The position numbers were made by a program, and so were the translations under genes. The notes below the pieces were generated by a model that was given only the letters and a program-made list of their open reading frames with translations, was not told the origin of the DNA and ran no database searches. Below are positions 1-9,490 of a stretch of 64,000 nt of DNA, one piece after another; position 1 is the stretch's first letter; each line of letters starts with the position of its first letter. The DNA comes from Candidatus Nanohaloarchaea archaeon (GTDB lineage: Archaea > Nanohalarchaeota > Nanosalinia > Nanosalinales > Nanosalinaceae), in the NCBI GenBank assembly GCA_014297435.1, contig JACOQA010000001.1:96001-160000 (forward strand), in the 5' to 3' direction.

Positions 1-22
1 TAACCAACTAGACCACGAACCC
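1..22 (-). tRNA. 5' part of a tRNA cut by the window edge (probably Val)
   Basis: Reverse complement reads GGGTTCG TG GTCT AGTTGGTTA, an acceptor-stem 5' strand plus D-arm resembling archaeal tRNA-Val; anticodon lies outside the window. Confidence 0.6.
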
Positions 23-138
23 TCTATATTTTCGGTACTTAACTTACTTTTTTGTACCTTGTAGTACCTATGTTTCCGGATGGTCAGGTTACGCTTAAAT
101 AACTCGGAGAATACAAGTACATAGAGTGCGTGGGGAAA

Positions 139-288
139 ATGGTAAAATGCGACAACTGTGAACGAGACCTGAACGTTGATCCCGTGGACAAACCAGAAGT
201 CGACTGGGTAAAAGTAGTATGCAGCGAATGCGGAGAAGTCAAAGACATCTCCATGATTAGATTATCTGCCACCACCTCACGGAAGTAG
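139..288 (+). CDS. small two-knuckle zinc-finger protein, 49 aa (not in ORF track)
   Basis: Hand translation MVKCDNCERD...VVCSECGEVKD...; CxxC...CxxCG. Confidence 0.7.
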   Translation: MVKCDNCERDLNVDPVDKPEVDWVKVVCSECGEVKDISMIRLSATTSRK

Positions 289-304
289 CCCCGGCTATGG
301 AAAA

Positions 305-655
305 ATGGAAGGTTTAAAATACATTCTACGCTCAAAGAGTACTGTGGCAGATGAAAGCAGCGGATTTAGGATAATACAGTTAACGGTGAAGGCACTTTTA
401 GTTGAAGTTATAGCTATCTTCGGTGCGGTTGCCGCTGTGTTTATGCAACTCTCATTTCTGACGGCGCAATCCCTCTCAAAAATCGTGAATATAGCTATAC
501 CTCTAGTAATTTTGACATACGCAGCTATGTGGCATGGTTACAAGAAAGACAAAGAATACCTAAAACAGAAATACGGGAAAACGCCTTCTGCAAAGCCCAT
601 TAAAGGGATTGGCCTATTCCTCTACTCAAGGCAAAGAGCGAAAATAGTAGAGTAG
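305..655 (+). CDS. hypothetical membrane protein
   Basis: Two hydrophobic segments; basic composition is atypical for this proteome. Confidence 0.5.
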   Translation: MEGLKYILRSKSTVADESSGFRIIQLTVKALLVEVIAIFGAVAAVFMQLSFLTAQSLSKIVNIAIPLVILTYAAMWHGYKKDKEYLKQKYGKTPSAKPIKGIGLFLYSRQRAKIVE

Positions 656-706
656 TAGATGCCAGAACGGTTTTAAGCTTCTTACATCAAACTTTTCTTG
701 GTAAAT

Positions 707-1240
707 ATGGTTAACAAGTGGCAGGACTACGAAACAGGTCCGGAAGCACCGGATGTAATTAACGCAGTAATCGAAAACCCTTCAGGCGAACAAAATAAAT
801 ATGAGTATGACAAGGAAAAAGAATCCGTTGTTCTAGATAGAGTGCTTTACTCTTCGATTCAGTATCCGGGCGACTACGGTTTCATCCCGCAAGCCTATTA
901 CGAAGACGAAGATCCGATGGACATCCTAGTCTTGACAACACATTCAACATTCCCTGGATGCGTTATCGAGGTAAGACCTGTAGGAATTCTTTACATGGAC
1001 GATGGCGGAGAGCAGGACGACAACATCATCGCCGTACCCACTGAAGACCCGAGATGGAACAACGTAACCGATCTTGACGACGTAAACGAGCACAAGAAGA
1101 AGGAGATCAAGGAGTTCTTCAAGACCTACAAGAACCTCGAACCCAAGAAAGAGGTCAAGATCGAGGGATGGGGCGGAAAAGAAGAAGCTAAGGAAGCAAT
1201 AGAAAGAAGTCAAGAACTTTACGAAGATAAGTTCGAGTAA
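707..1240 (+). CDS. ppa: family I inorganic pyrophosphatase
   Basis: NKYEYDKE, YPGDYGFIP, DEDPMD motifs. Confidence 0.96.
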   Translation: MVNKWQDYETGPEAPDVINAVIENPSGEQNKYEYDKEKESVVLDRVLYSSIQYPGDYGFIPQAYYEDEDPMDILVLTTHSTFPGCVIEVRPVGILYMDDGGEQDDNIIAVPTEDPRWNNVTDLDDVNEHKKKEIKEFFKTYKNLEPKKEVKIEGWGGKEEAKEAIERSQELYEDKFE

Positions 1241-1270
1241 AATTGAGGTGAAAGCCCTCTTCGCTTTCTA

Positions 1271-1522
1271 TTATTCTAATCTTCCTCTTATGACTTCAGT
1301 AACTTCCTCCAGATCATAGATTAGGGCTCTCTCTACACTAATATTTCCGTTAAGCTTCCTGACCTCATCAACGTAAAAATTATCCTCGTTCTCGAAAATA
1401 ACATACTTGTGTTTTACAGCGCTCAAACTAGGATTATCTCCCTCCCAGTATTTCTCAAAGACTTCATCAGCCAGTTCATCTTCAAGGTCTGAGTAGTATT
1501 CAAGTCTAGAGTGTGCTGCCAC
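1271..1522 (-). CDS. hypothetical acidic protein
   Basis: Acidic ORF filling the intergenic gap; no recognised motif. Confidence 0.5.
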   Translation of the reverse strand: MAAHSRLEYYSDLEDELADEVFEKYWEGDNPSLSAVKHKYVIFENEDNFYVDEVRKLNGNISVERALIYDLEEVTEVIRGRLE

Positions 1523-1549
1523 TTCGCAAATATGGTTGCCAAAATTATT

Positions 1550-2353
1550 TTAGCTACCGGTACTCGAATACCTTGAAACCCCGAAACTCCAGAAACGGTA
1601 TGCCAAGAGATAGAAGAAAGGTCCGGCAAATAGCGAGACCAACTGCATGGCACCCCAAGAGCCTTTCTCAAGGAAAACTGTTGCAGGGAAGAACGTTGCG
1701 AATGCGAAAGGAATCAACGTAACCAGAAGGATCTGAATCCCCGAGCTATAGATGCCGTAGGGGTACTTCCGGAAATCACTTAGGTTGAATAATATCCAGA
1801 CGATTTGCTGGCTTTTCCCAAGCCAGAAAGCGGATGTTGAAGCAACCAGATATATAGCGCCGAATATTAGAACTCCTGAAACAATAGCTGGTATGGCGTA
1901 CAGCAGTTTCAGAGCTGTTACCTCAATTCCTAACTGTGTTCCTGAGTAAACCACCATCGCGATACTCCCAATTAGCTTGGCTATATTGCTGTCGTTAACG
2001 CCATCGGCGTAAACCTGGAAGAGAGGATTTAACGGTCTTACAAGAAATCTGTCGAAGTCTCCCGTAATAACGTAATTTTCTCCGAATCTGTAAGTGTTGA
2101 GGAAGAATATGTGGTGGAGGTTCATCACTATTCCTCCGAAACCTGCCAGGAAGAGCATCTCGTCGAAGCTCCAGCCGTAGATAGTCTCTACCTGTGTAAA
2201 GAGGAGTCCGAGGAATGCGACAGATATACCTATCTCGATAAATCTCCCTAATAGGCTGAGATAGGTGTCTCCGTGGTAGATAAGTCTTGTCTTTACGTAT
2301 TGCTTGAAATACAGAGCATAGATTCTCAAGTATCTCTTAATCATCTCTTTCAT
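1550..2353 (-). CDS. ABC-2 type exporter permease
   Basis: Multiple TM segments, GDFDRFLVRPLNPL, KYP, C-terminal YSSTGS; ATG overlaps the upstream stop. Confidence 0.9.
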   Translation of the reverse strand: MKEMIKRYLRIYALYFKQYVKTRLIYHGDTYLSLLGRFIEIGISVAFLGLLFTQVETIYGWSFDEMLFLAGFGGIVMNLHHIFFLNTYRFGENYVITGDFDRFLVRPLNPLFQVYADGVNDSNIAKLIGSIAMVVYSGTQLGIEVTALKLLYAIPAIVSGVLIFGAIYLVASTSAFWLGKSQQIVWILFNLSDFRKYPYGIYSSGIQILLVTLIPFAFATFFPATVFLEKGSWGAMQLVSLFAGPFFYLLAYRFWSFGVSRYSSTGS

Positions 2354-3138
2354 CCGCCTTGCACCGTTAACTGTTTTCTGGCTTTCCGCCAGAGGAAAGC
2401 GCCTACGATCAGAAGGATCGCTGTCCATGTGATTTGGTGTAGCATAAGTTTTAGGGCTTCAGTGCCGGTTGCCGAGCCCATGAAGATCCTGACTGGTGTG
2501 TCAGTCATTCCCTTAAAAGGCAGGATATTGAATATTGGGGCTATTGATGCAGGAAGTAGGTATAGAGGAAACATTTTGCCGGAGAAAAGGCTTATAGCAA
2601 GATTCCTCATCATCCTGATACTCCATCCTACCTTCGTCCAAAATACCATTACTGATGTTATGAATGCTAGGCTGAAAACAAGGTTGAAAGCTAGGAACAG
2701 GCTTACAAGGAATAATAGTAGTTGAGAGACTGAAGGTACTGCGACATTAAAGAAAAGCCCTCCTGCAACTAGTATAGGAGCAGCAATAACTATTGATTCG
2801 AAGATCTTCCAGCCTGCTTCATGAGTATACGTGTAACCTCTTATGGACATAGGTCTCTTTAATTCGTCTGTTATAGAACCGTCTCTGATCTTATTTCCTA
2901 GAAACATTTCTGTCTGGAGATTGGTCGCTCTTCCAACGGCCTGACCAATCGCTAAGTAGCTCATGACCTGTACAAGCCCACCCTCTATACTTCCTGATGA
3001 GGCGATAGCGCTCCAGATGGCGTAGTAAAGCACAAGAGTCAATAGAGAGTTGATTACGTTGACGAAAGCTACTGTCTTGTAGGCTGCTGCTTCCTTTAAT
3101 GCGATTTTCAGCGACTGGAAGTATTTTCCCCAGTACAT
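2350..3138 (-). CDS. ABC-2 type exporter permease
   Basis: IRDGSI..ELKRP, FSG..FPL, C-terminal VQGG. Confidence 0.9.
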   Translation of the reverse strand: MYWGKYFQSLKIALKEAAAYKTVAFVNVINSLLTLVLYYAIWSAIASSGSIEGGLVQVMSYLAIGQAVGRATNLQTEMFLGNKIRDGSITDELKRPMSIRGYTYTHEAGWKIFESIVIAAPILVAGGLFFNVAVPSVSQLLLFLVSLFLAFNLVFSLAFITSVMVFWTKVGWSIRMMRNLAISLFSGKMFPLYLLPASIAPIFNILPFKGMTDTPVRIFMGSATGTEALKLMLHQITWTAILLIVGAFLWRKARKQLTVQGG

Positions 3139-3141
3139 AGA

Positions 3142-4122
3142 TTACAGTCCCTCGTTGTAGATCTTCCTGACAACTGAATCGATATCAGGCTCTTTTATCT
3201 TGAAGTCGATAACCTCGTAATCTTGAAGTATTTCCGACATCAAGTCGGCTGCAGAAACTTTTTCTCTGTTAAAAACAACCTCTGTCTCGCCATTTTCTTT
3301 TTCCACACTTTCAACACCCTCTATGGTAAGTTTAAACTCTTCAGGGTTCTTAACATCCATCACTAATCTCCTAGATGTAAAGCGGTCGATCAGGGAGTCA
3401 AGTTGACCGTCATAGATCTTTTTGCCTCCGTCCAGCACGACCACTCTTTCACATAGATCTTCTATATCGTCCATATCGTGTGTTGTCAACATTACTGTAG
3501 TATCTTTCTCTCGGTTCATCTTTCTGATAAAGTCACGGATTCTCTCTTTTACAGCGATATCAAGACCGATTGTCGGCTCATCCAGATAGACAATTTTTGG
3601 GTGGTGGAGGAATGCTGCAGCCAGTTCACACCGCATCTTCTGTCCAAGACTTAACTTTCTGACAGGTTGGTCCCAAAATTCGGAGAGCTGTAGTACTTCG
3701 TCAAACTCTTCTATCCTTTTGTCATAGTCTTCATCTGTAACTTCGTAGATTTCTTTAAGAAGACGGAAAGATTCTTTGACGGGTAGATCCCACCATAGCT
3801 GAGTTTTTTGGCCGAAGACAACGCCTATGTCCATCGCGTTCTTCTTTCTCTCTTCGTAGGGATTGCGACCATTTACTTCGATCTCACCTTCTGAGGGTTT
3901 GAGGATTCCGGTCAGCATTTTGACTGTGGTAGATTTTCCTGCGCCGTTTGAACCAATATAACCTACTATCTCTCCCTCATTGATCTCGAGGTTTAGGTCT
4001 TCTACGGCTTTCACTTCTTCGTATTCTCGTTTGAAGAAGTTTTTCAGGTATCCTTTGACACCCTCTCCCTGCTGGTAGATCTTGAATGTCTTCGAAAGGT
4101 TTTCAGCCCTGATTAATGTCAT
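3142..4122 (-). CDS. ABC exporter ATP-binding subunit
   Basis: Walker A GSNGAGKS, signature LSLGQ, Walker B YLDEPT. Confidence 0.95.
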   Translation of the reverse strand: MTLIRAENLSKTFKIYQQGEGVKGYLKNFFKREYEEVKAVEDLNLEINEGEIVGYIGSNGAGKSTTVKMLTGILKPSEGEIEVNGRNPYEERKKNAMDIGVVFGQKTQLWWDLPVKESFRLLKEIYEVTDEDYDKRIEEFDEVLQLSEFWDQPVRKLSLGQKMRCELAAAFLHHPKIVYLDEPTIGLDIAVKERIRDFIRKMNREKDTTVMLTTHDMDDIEDLCERVVVLDGGKKIYDGQLDSLIDRFTSRRLVMDVKNPEEFKLTIEGVESVEKENGETEVVFNREKVSAADLMSEILQDYEVIDFKIKEPDIDSVVRKIYNEGL

Positions 4123-4637
4123 AGTCCATTCTTTTTGAGAATGCTTTTTAATCGCTCCTAAACATCCAAAAAACATTATATGTTACTATTATCTAATAAT
4201 AATTATGTCTTCTTTGGATCCCCGCTCTCCAAAAGACGCCCATCAAAGACTTCACCTCGACCTTGCATACAATGAGAGCGGCGAATACAGTACTGAAACC
4301 GTGGAATAAGACTTCCAGGGACTACGGGTTGACTTTTGAGATCTCGAGCTAAATCAGTAAAGTGAAGGTAAGTTTTCAGGCACATTCATGTGTTGTCATG
4401 GCTTTATTACCGATCAAATCGATTCCTTCAGGTCTATCGAAGATATATACTGCGAAAGCGTCCGTATTAAACCTTTGTAGCGGTTCGAGTAAATAGTCTC
4501 CCTCGAAACACTCATCAGGTTGTCTCTGTGAACAATGGTAGTCGGAGAGAATTTTTTTGGTCTCCGAAACTATTCCTTCGTAATTAAACAGGTTTTCACT
4601 GATAATAGGGTGTTTTCGAAATAGTGGTAAGTCTCCA

Positions 4638-6311
4638 CTACTCTTCTACCGTCACCGGAACGCCTTTCTCTTTTAGGTGCTCGACCTGTCTTTTCACAAA
4701 GTCTTCCTCGTTCGAGCCCTTGGTCGCGATGATGTAGACTTGGGCGTCGCCGAAAGGACGCATAACTCTTCCAGCTCTCTGTGTTGCCTGTCTTCTTGAA
4801 CCTCCCTGTCCTGAGGCAATAATACCTACCTCGGCGTCAGGGAGATCAAGTCCTTCATCTCCGATCCTTGAAACGATCACGGTATCGATCTCATCGTTCC
4901 TGAACTTCTCGAAGTAATCTTCTCTATCCTCGAAATCTGTCTCTCCCGAGATGAATGGGATGTCGAACTCTTCGGAAAGCTCTTCGCCCTGTTCAATCCA
5001 GTCGCAGAAAAGAATTGTTTTATCGTTCTCGTGTTTTTCGAGTAAGTCTTCGATGTACTGTGTCTTTCTCGGGTTCTTCGAGGCAATAATCGCCTTCTTG
5101 AAACCTGAGGCTTGGTTGTACTTGTTTCTGTAGAAGTCGCTTTCCCACTCAACGAGCTGGATCTCGACATCCGGCTTCAACACATAATTATCCTGGAAGA
5201 AGCGAGCCCAGTCGGCACCTATCTCTCTTCCGATCAAGGCGAAGATTTCCTTCTCCTTCGAGTCCTCTCTTACAGGCGAGGCTGAAAGACCGATTCTTCT
5301 AGTAGATTGAAGGGATGCTGTTTTTCTGAAAAGCTTCGAAGGAATGTGGTGAACCTCATCGAAGATGATGAGACCCCAGTCGTTCCTGAATAGCGAGGTT
5401 TTCTCCCCGGCCATGTGGTAAGTTGCGATTGTAACGTCGTTCATCTGTTTCTCGTCGCCGTGGTACTCTCCGATCTGATCCTCGGTCAAAGTAGTTTTGT
5501 CCAATAGTTCGCGTTTCCACTGACCGACAAGAGAACGCTGAGGTACTAAAACCAGAGTTGGTGCGTCAACCTTCGCCATCAAACCAATAGAGGTGACTGT
5601 CTTTCCTGAACCTGCAGGGTTCGCAAGAACGGCCGCCTTCTTCTCATAAGCTCTTTCAACATACTCTTTTTGGTAGTCCCTGAGTTCAATTCCATCGAGG
5701 TCTGCGCCGATCTTTTCATCGACTTCTCTAAATTTAGAATTGTCCTCGACAGGATAACCTTTCTTCAGTAGGACCTCTTTAATCTTCGCTCTGCTTTTAG
5801 CACCCATCGCAATTCTTGAGGCTTCGTCAGTGAGATCAACTACAAGGTTCTCTCTTACATCTTCGATGGAACGAGCCCACTCCATTCTCTCCTTGTTTGA
5901 AGCTTCAAGAGTGTGGTAGGTCCCTCTGTGTTCGATTGAGAACACTTCCTGTCTCTCGTAAGTTCTTTCAAGCCAGGAAAGAAAGTTGGGGTAGCTTCCA
6001 AGAATTCTAGTATATTTCTCCTTCATCTCTTCGAGCGATAGATCGGAGTTCCAGATATCCATCTGTTTAACTTTGTACTTGTAGTGGTCGCCGCTCGATG
6101 TGTCCATGTGAGCGATCTCCGACATCTCATTCAAGGTCTCATCATCAGGATTCGAAAGAATGATTTCTCTCTGGGGCTCAAAGAAAACAACGTTCTCTTC
6201 CGAGCTCTCCTCTACGGAATCGGATTCGCCGGTTTCTTGATTTCTTAACTGTTTAATTTCGTCGATAAGTTCCTCGCGCGAAAGGTCTTCAAGCGCCTTT
6301 TCGTTGGTCAT
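4638..6311 (-). CDS. xpb: XPB/Rad25-like SF2 DNA helicase
   Basis: LRDYQ, PAGSGKT, DEVHH, LSASPVRED (RED motif), QRAGR. Confidence 0.9.
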   Translation of the reverse strand: MTNEKALEDLSREELIDEIKQLRNQETGESDSVEESSEENVVFFEPQREIILSNPDDETLNEMSEIAHMDTSSGDHYKYKVKQMDIWNSDLSLEEMKEKYTRILGSYPNFLSWLERTYERQEVFSIEHRGTYHTLEASNKERMEWARSIEDVRENLVVDLTDEASRIAMGAKSRAKIKEVLLKKGYPVEDNSKFREVDEKIGADLDGIELRDYQKEYVERAYEKKAAVLANPAGSGKTVTSIGLMAKVDAPTLVLVPQRSLVGQWKRELLDKTTLTEDQIGEYHGDEKQMNDVTIATYHMAGEKTSLFRNDWGLIIFDEVHHIPSKLFRKTASLQSTRRIGLSASPVREDSKEKEIFALIGREIGADWARFFQDNYVLKPDVEIQLVEWESDFYRNKYNQASGFKKAIIASKNPRKTQYIEDLLEKHENDKTILFCDWIEQGEELSEEFDIPFISGETDFEDREDYFEKFRNDEIDTVIVSRIGDEGLDLPDAEVGIIASGQGGSRRQATQRAGRVMRPFGDAQVYIIATKGSNEEDFVKRQVEHLKEKGVPVTVEE

Positions 6312-6416
6312 GCCACACCTTCTGTAACACAAACCTTAAATCCTTGATCAAGGTCAGATTCTCTCAAAAAGCAAATTTTGTCAACGGTTTAAATCTGGCG
6401 CATACCTATATTAGAT

Positions 6417-7016
6417 GTGAAATCGGAGCTTATCCAGAAACTATCAAAGATTGAAGACTTCGAGGAGCCAAAGGTCTCACTCGAGCAGTATTTAACCCCT
6501 CCAGAACTGGCGGCAGATATACTTCATACAGCATTCATGCAGGAAGATATAGAAGGTAAAGAGGTACTGGATCTTGGTACGGGGACGGGAATTCTCGGTA
6601 TAGGTGCAGCTCTTCTAGGTGCGGATGTTAAAGCTGTGGACAAGGATAAGGATGCGCTTGAGATCGCTGAACAGAACGCTGAGAAACTTGGTATGTCGGA
6701 GTTCATTAGTTTTGAACACTTGGATATCGAAGAAGTTGAGGGAGAATATGATACGGTGGTGATGAACCCTCCTTTCTCTGTGCATTCAGAGATAGGTATT
6801 GACTTCCTGAAGAAGGCTGTAGACGTTTCTAACGTGGTTTACACGGTTTCTCATCCTGGTCGCAGAAAGGCTATAAAAGGTTTTCTCGAGAACTCAAACC
6901 ATAGCTTGGAAGCGCTGGAGCAGTACACGGTTAAACTGCCGGCGACCTATGGCTTCCACACAGAGGAAGCCCGCGAAACCGAGATCGACGTTATCATAAC
7001 GAGGCGAAACAAATAA
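6417..7016 (+). CDS. METTL5-family SAM-dependent methyltransferase
   Basis: LEQYLTP, LDLGTGTG, MNPPF, Y.FH. Confidence 0.9.
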   Translation: MKSELIQKLSKIEDFEEPKVSLEQYLTPPELAADILHTAFMQEDIEGKEVLDLGTGTGILGIGAALLGADVKAVDKDKDALEIAEQNAEKLGMSEFISFEHLDIEEVEGEYDTVVMNPPFSVHSEIGIDFLKKAVDVSNVVYTVSHPGRRKAIKGFLENSNHSLEALEQYTVKLPATYGFHTEEARETEIDVIITRRNK

Positions 7017-7258
7017 TGGAGCTTTCGACAATCGATAAGGAAGGACGAATCATCATCGACATGCAGCAAAACCATACTCTAGGCAATCTTATCAGGAAAG
7101 CTGTCTGGGCGCAGAATGAAGAAGCAGCATACGACAAAGGTCACCCTCTAGGAGACGAATCCAACCTGATCATCGAGTCCGACGAACCTGAAGAAGTTCT
7201 TGAGGACGCGATTGAACAGGCAAGAGAGTGGATGGACGGAGTAGAGTCCGCTTTCTAA
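7016..7258 (+). CDS. rpoL: RNA polymerase subunit Rpo11
   Basis: HTLGNLIR and AAY..GHPL motifs; conserved context. Confidence 0.88.
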   Translation: MELSTIDKEGRIIIDMQQNHTLGNLIRKAVWAQNEEAAYDKGHPLGDESNLIIESDEPEEVLEDAIEQAREWMDGVESAF

Positions 7259-7347
7259 CACTATTTCTGCTACTTCTAGCTTACTCCTGTTTTTATGCAG
7301 CGATTCTCTAAGAAGATTGAAAAGGTATCCTATCCAATTTCGAAACA

Positions 7348-8070
7348 GTGAATACTGAGGATATAGTTGAGAAACTTTCAGCAGTTAAAAGTAGCCGCGA
7401 GTTCAAGGAGTACTACTTTTTTGCCATCGCGTTAATACTCGCATTCGGAACTCTACAGACTGCAGGATCGGTAACGAATACCGATAGACCTGTGGTTACG
7501 GTTGTTTCATGTTCTATGTATCCTGATTACGACGTCGGAGATATAATCGGGGTTCAAGGAACCGGTTACGAGAACATAGAGGTTGGTGACGTTATCGTCT
7601 ACGATGTTCCTAAAAAGGTCGAATTTACTGTTGGTGGAGAGAGACACGTCCTTAATGATTCTAACGCTGCCGACTATACTGAGGCGGGAGCTGTTAAGCT
7701 TCTTCAGGTTGAAGGCGATAGTAAGGCTGCAATAGTCAGTATAGACGGTCAGAACGTTAAGATGATTGAAGGAAAGAGCTTTGATTACGGAGGGCAGTCA
7801 TTCGAGGTAAACAGTATTTCGGGAATGGATATACCGGTTATTCACAGGGTTATCAGGAAGAACTCTGATCATCTGGAAACACAGGGAGATAACACTTTAG
7901 GTCAACACGAGTTTGAGAAAAATATTGAGCCGGAACAGATCTATGGTGAGGCCGTTTTCAAGATTCCGCGCATAGGTCTGGTTAAGATACTGGCTATAGA
8001 CATTCTAGGCATCGGTAATAACGCACCTCTAACTATTGATTCTACTCCGGACTGTCAGGTCAGACCTTGA
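7348..8070 (+). CDS. sec11: signal peptidase I (Sec11/S26B) with internal insertion
   Basis: N-terminal TM, VVSCSMYP, GD.IVY, VIHRV, TQGDN, IP.IG. Confidence 0.85.
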   Translation: MNTEDIVEKLSAVKSSREFKEYYFFAIALILAFGTLQTAGSVTNTDRPVVTVVSCSMYPDYDVGDIIGVQGTGYENIEVGDVIVYDVPKKVEFTVGGERHVLNDSNAADYTEAGAVKLLQVEGDSKAAIVSIDGQNVKMIEGKSFDYGGQSFEVNSISGMDIPVIHRVIRKNSDHLETQGDNTLGQHEFEKNIEPEQIYGEAVFKIPRIGLVKILAIDILGIGNNAPLTIDSTPDCQVRP

Positions 8071-8110
8071 CCCATACTATTTAAAGTTAAAGCCGGTAAA
8101 CCCTACAGAT

Positions 8111-8458
8111 ATGGAATTTTGTGACGAATGCGGAGGAATGCTTGTTTCGACAGGTGATGAAGAAAACGCCTCTATGAAATGCAGGAACTGTGGGGAAGCA
8201 CAGTCAGTTGACGGTGAAGAGATGAAGGTCACCGAGGAAAAAGAAGAAGATCCTATGGACAGACTGAATGTTTCTTCTGAAGAAGATCAGGAAACAACTA
8301 GACCTACTACAATGAGGGAATGTCCTTCATGTTCAGAGAATAAACAGGACGAGAAAGAGCACGAATGGTGGATGGAGCAGACAAGAGCTTCAGATGAACC
8401 TGCAACAAGATTTTACGAATGTACTGAATGCGGGAACGTGCACAAGGAGTACGACTAG
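8111..8458 (+). CDS. tfs: transcription factor S
   Basis: FCDECG..CRNCG and CPSC..QTRASDEP.TRFYECTECG. Confidence 0.93.
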   Translation: MEFCDECGGMLVSTGDEENASMKCRNCGEAQSVDGEEMKVTEEKEEDPMDRLNVSSEEDQETTRPTTMRECPSCSENKQDEKEHEWWMEQTRASDEPATRFYECTECGNVHKEYD

Positions 8459-8460
8459 AG

Positions 8461-9042
8461 TTATTCTATCTCTATTTCGTTTCCTTTATCCATCTGTTCG
8501 GCTAGAAAGTTAACTGAAGCTCTCAAGTTCTTAATTTGGCGCTGCATATCTTTTTTCTCCTCGTCAAAATCGCGTTTATTCAGTTTCTTATCAAAGTCAA
8601 ACTCCATATTGTTTTCCTTGACTATCATGCGATCCTCCAGGTCATTTACTTGTTCTTCTAGGTCTTGGATTCTCTTGTTGGCAGAGCTCATGAACTTCCG
8701 GGTTCCTTTAATATCTTTGACCAGTTCCTCAATGTTTTTCTCTAGATCGGAGTTCAGGAAGTCCTCTAGCTCTCGCTGCTTTTTCTCTACTCTTCTCAAA
8801 CGTTCATCCAGTTCTTCTATCTCCGAATCGTTCGACCCTTCTTCAATTAGATTTCTCTTTAACTGTTGGATCTCGTGTTCCTGGTAATCTAGCTCGTCTT
8901 CCAGAAAACGGGAGTAGTTGTCGACAAAGTCCTGTAAAGCTGAGTCTACAGCGTTGACATGGGATTCTATCTGGTCGAGTCTTTGTTCGACGGTTCCAAG
9001 TTCTTCTACTGCTTTCTCGCCTTTCTCCCCGAAGAGATCCAT
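8461..9042 (-). CDS. hypothetical coiled-coil protein
   Basis: Heptad-rich acidic helical sequence. Confidence 0.7.
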   Translation of the reverse strand: MDLFGEKGEKAVEELGTVEQRLDQIESHVNAVDSALQDFVDNYSRFLEDELDYQEHEIQQLKRNLIEEGSNDSEIEELDERLRRVEKKQRELEDFLNSDLEKNIEELVKDIKGTRKFMSSANKRIQDLEEQVNDLEDRMIVKENNMEFDFDKKLNKRDFDEEKKDMQRQIKNLRASVNFLAEQMDKGNEIEIE

Positions 9043-9140
9043 AACCTGTTTTTAGGTCAGCCTGTATTTGAAACATCTTCATCGGTTACGTGTCTCGGGA
9101 TATAGGTATAGTTAAAACATTTGGACTGGAAAATCGGTGT

Positions 9141-9473
9141 ATGCCAGATCAACAGCAGAGAAGAGCCGCAGCAAAGCCTAAAACTATAGACGAGGTAGAT
9201 TCACAAAGAGACATCCGTGTCCGTATAACCGGCACTGTTATCGATTTAGAGGAGGAGTCAGTCACTCTGGATGATGGTACAGGTTCTGTAGAAATATTCA
9301 TGCAGGAAGATGATATAGCCGAAGTTGAGGAGAGTCAGAAAGTAAGAGTGCTTGGAAGGGTTCTTCCGACGCCAGACGGCTTTGAGGTACAGGCCGAAGT
9401 TGTTCACGACCTTTCGAACGTTGATTTCGATAAATTCAGTAAGGTTAAAAAAATTGTTAACACTTCCGAATAA
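9141..9473 (+). CDS. single OB-fold protein (small RPA-like subunit)
   Basis: VRITGTV, LDDGTG, VRVLGRV; lies upstream of PCNA. Confidence 0.75.
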   Translation: MPDQQQRRAAAKPKTIDEVDSQRDIRVRITGTVIDLEEESVTLDDGTGSVEIFMQEDDIAEVEESQKVRVLGRVLPTPDGFEVQAEVVHDLSNVDFDKFSKVKKIVNTSE

Positions 9474-9490
9474 CAAGGTGTAGTAAAATT

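Noticed and set aside
84-335. 83-aa minus-strand ORF
   Set aside because: Shadow of the zinc-finger ORF at 139-288; composition unlike this proteome
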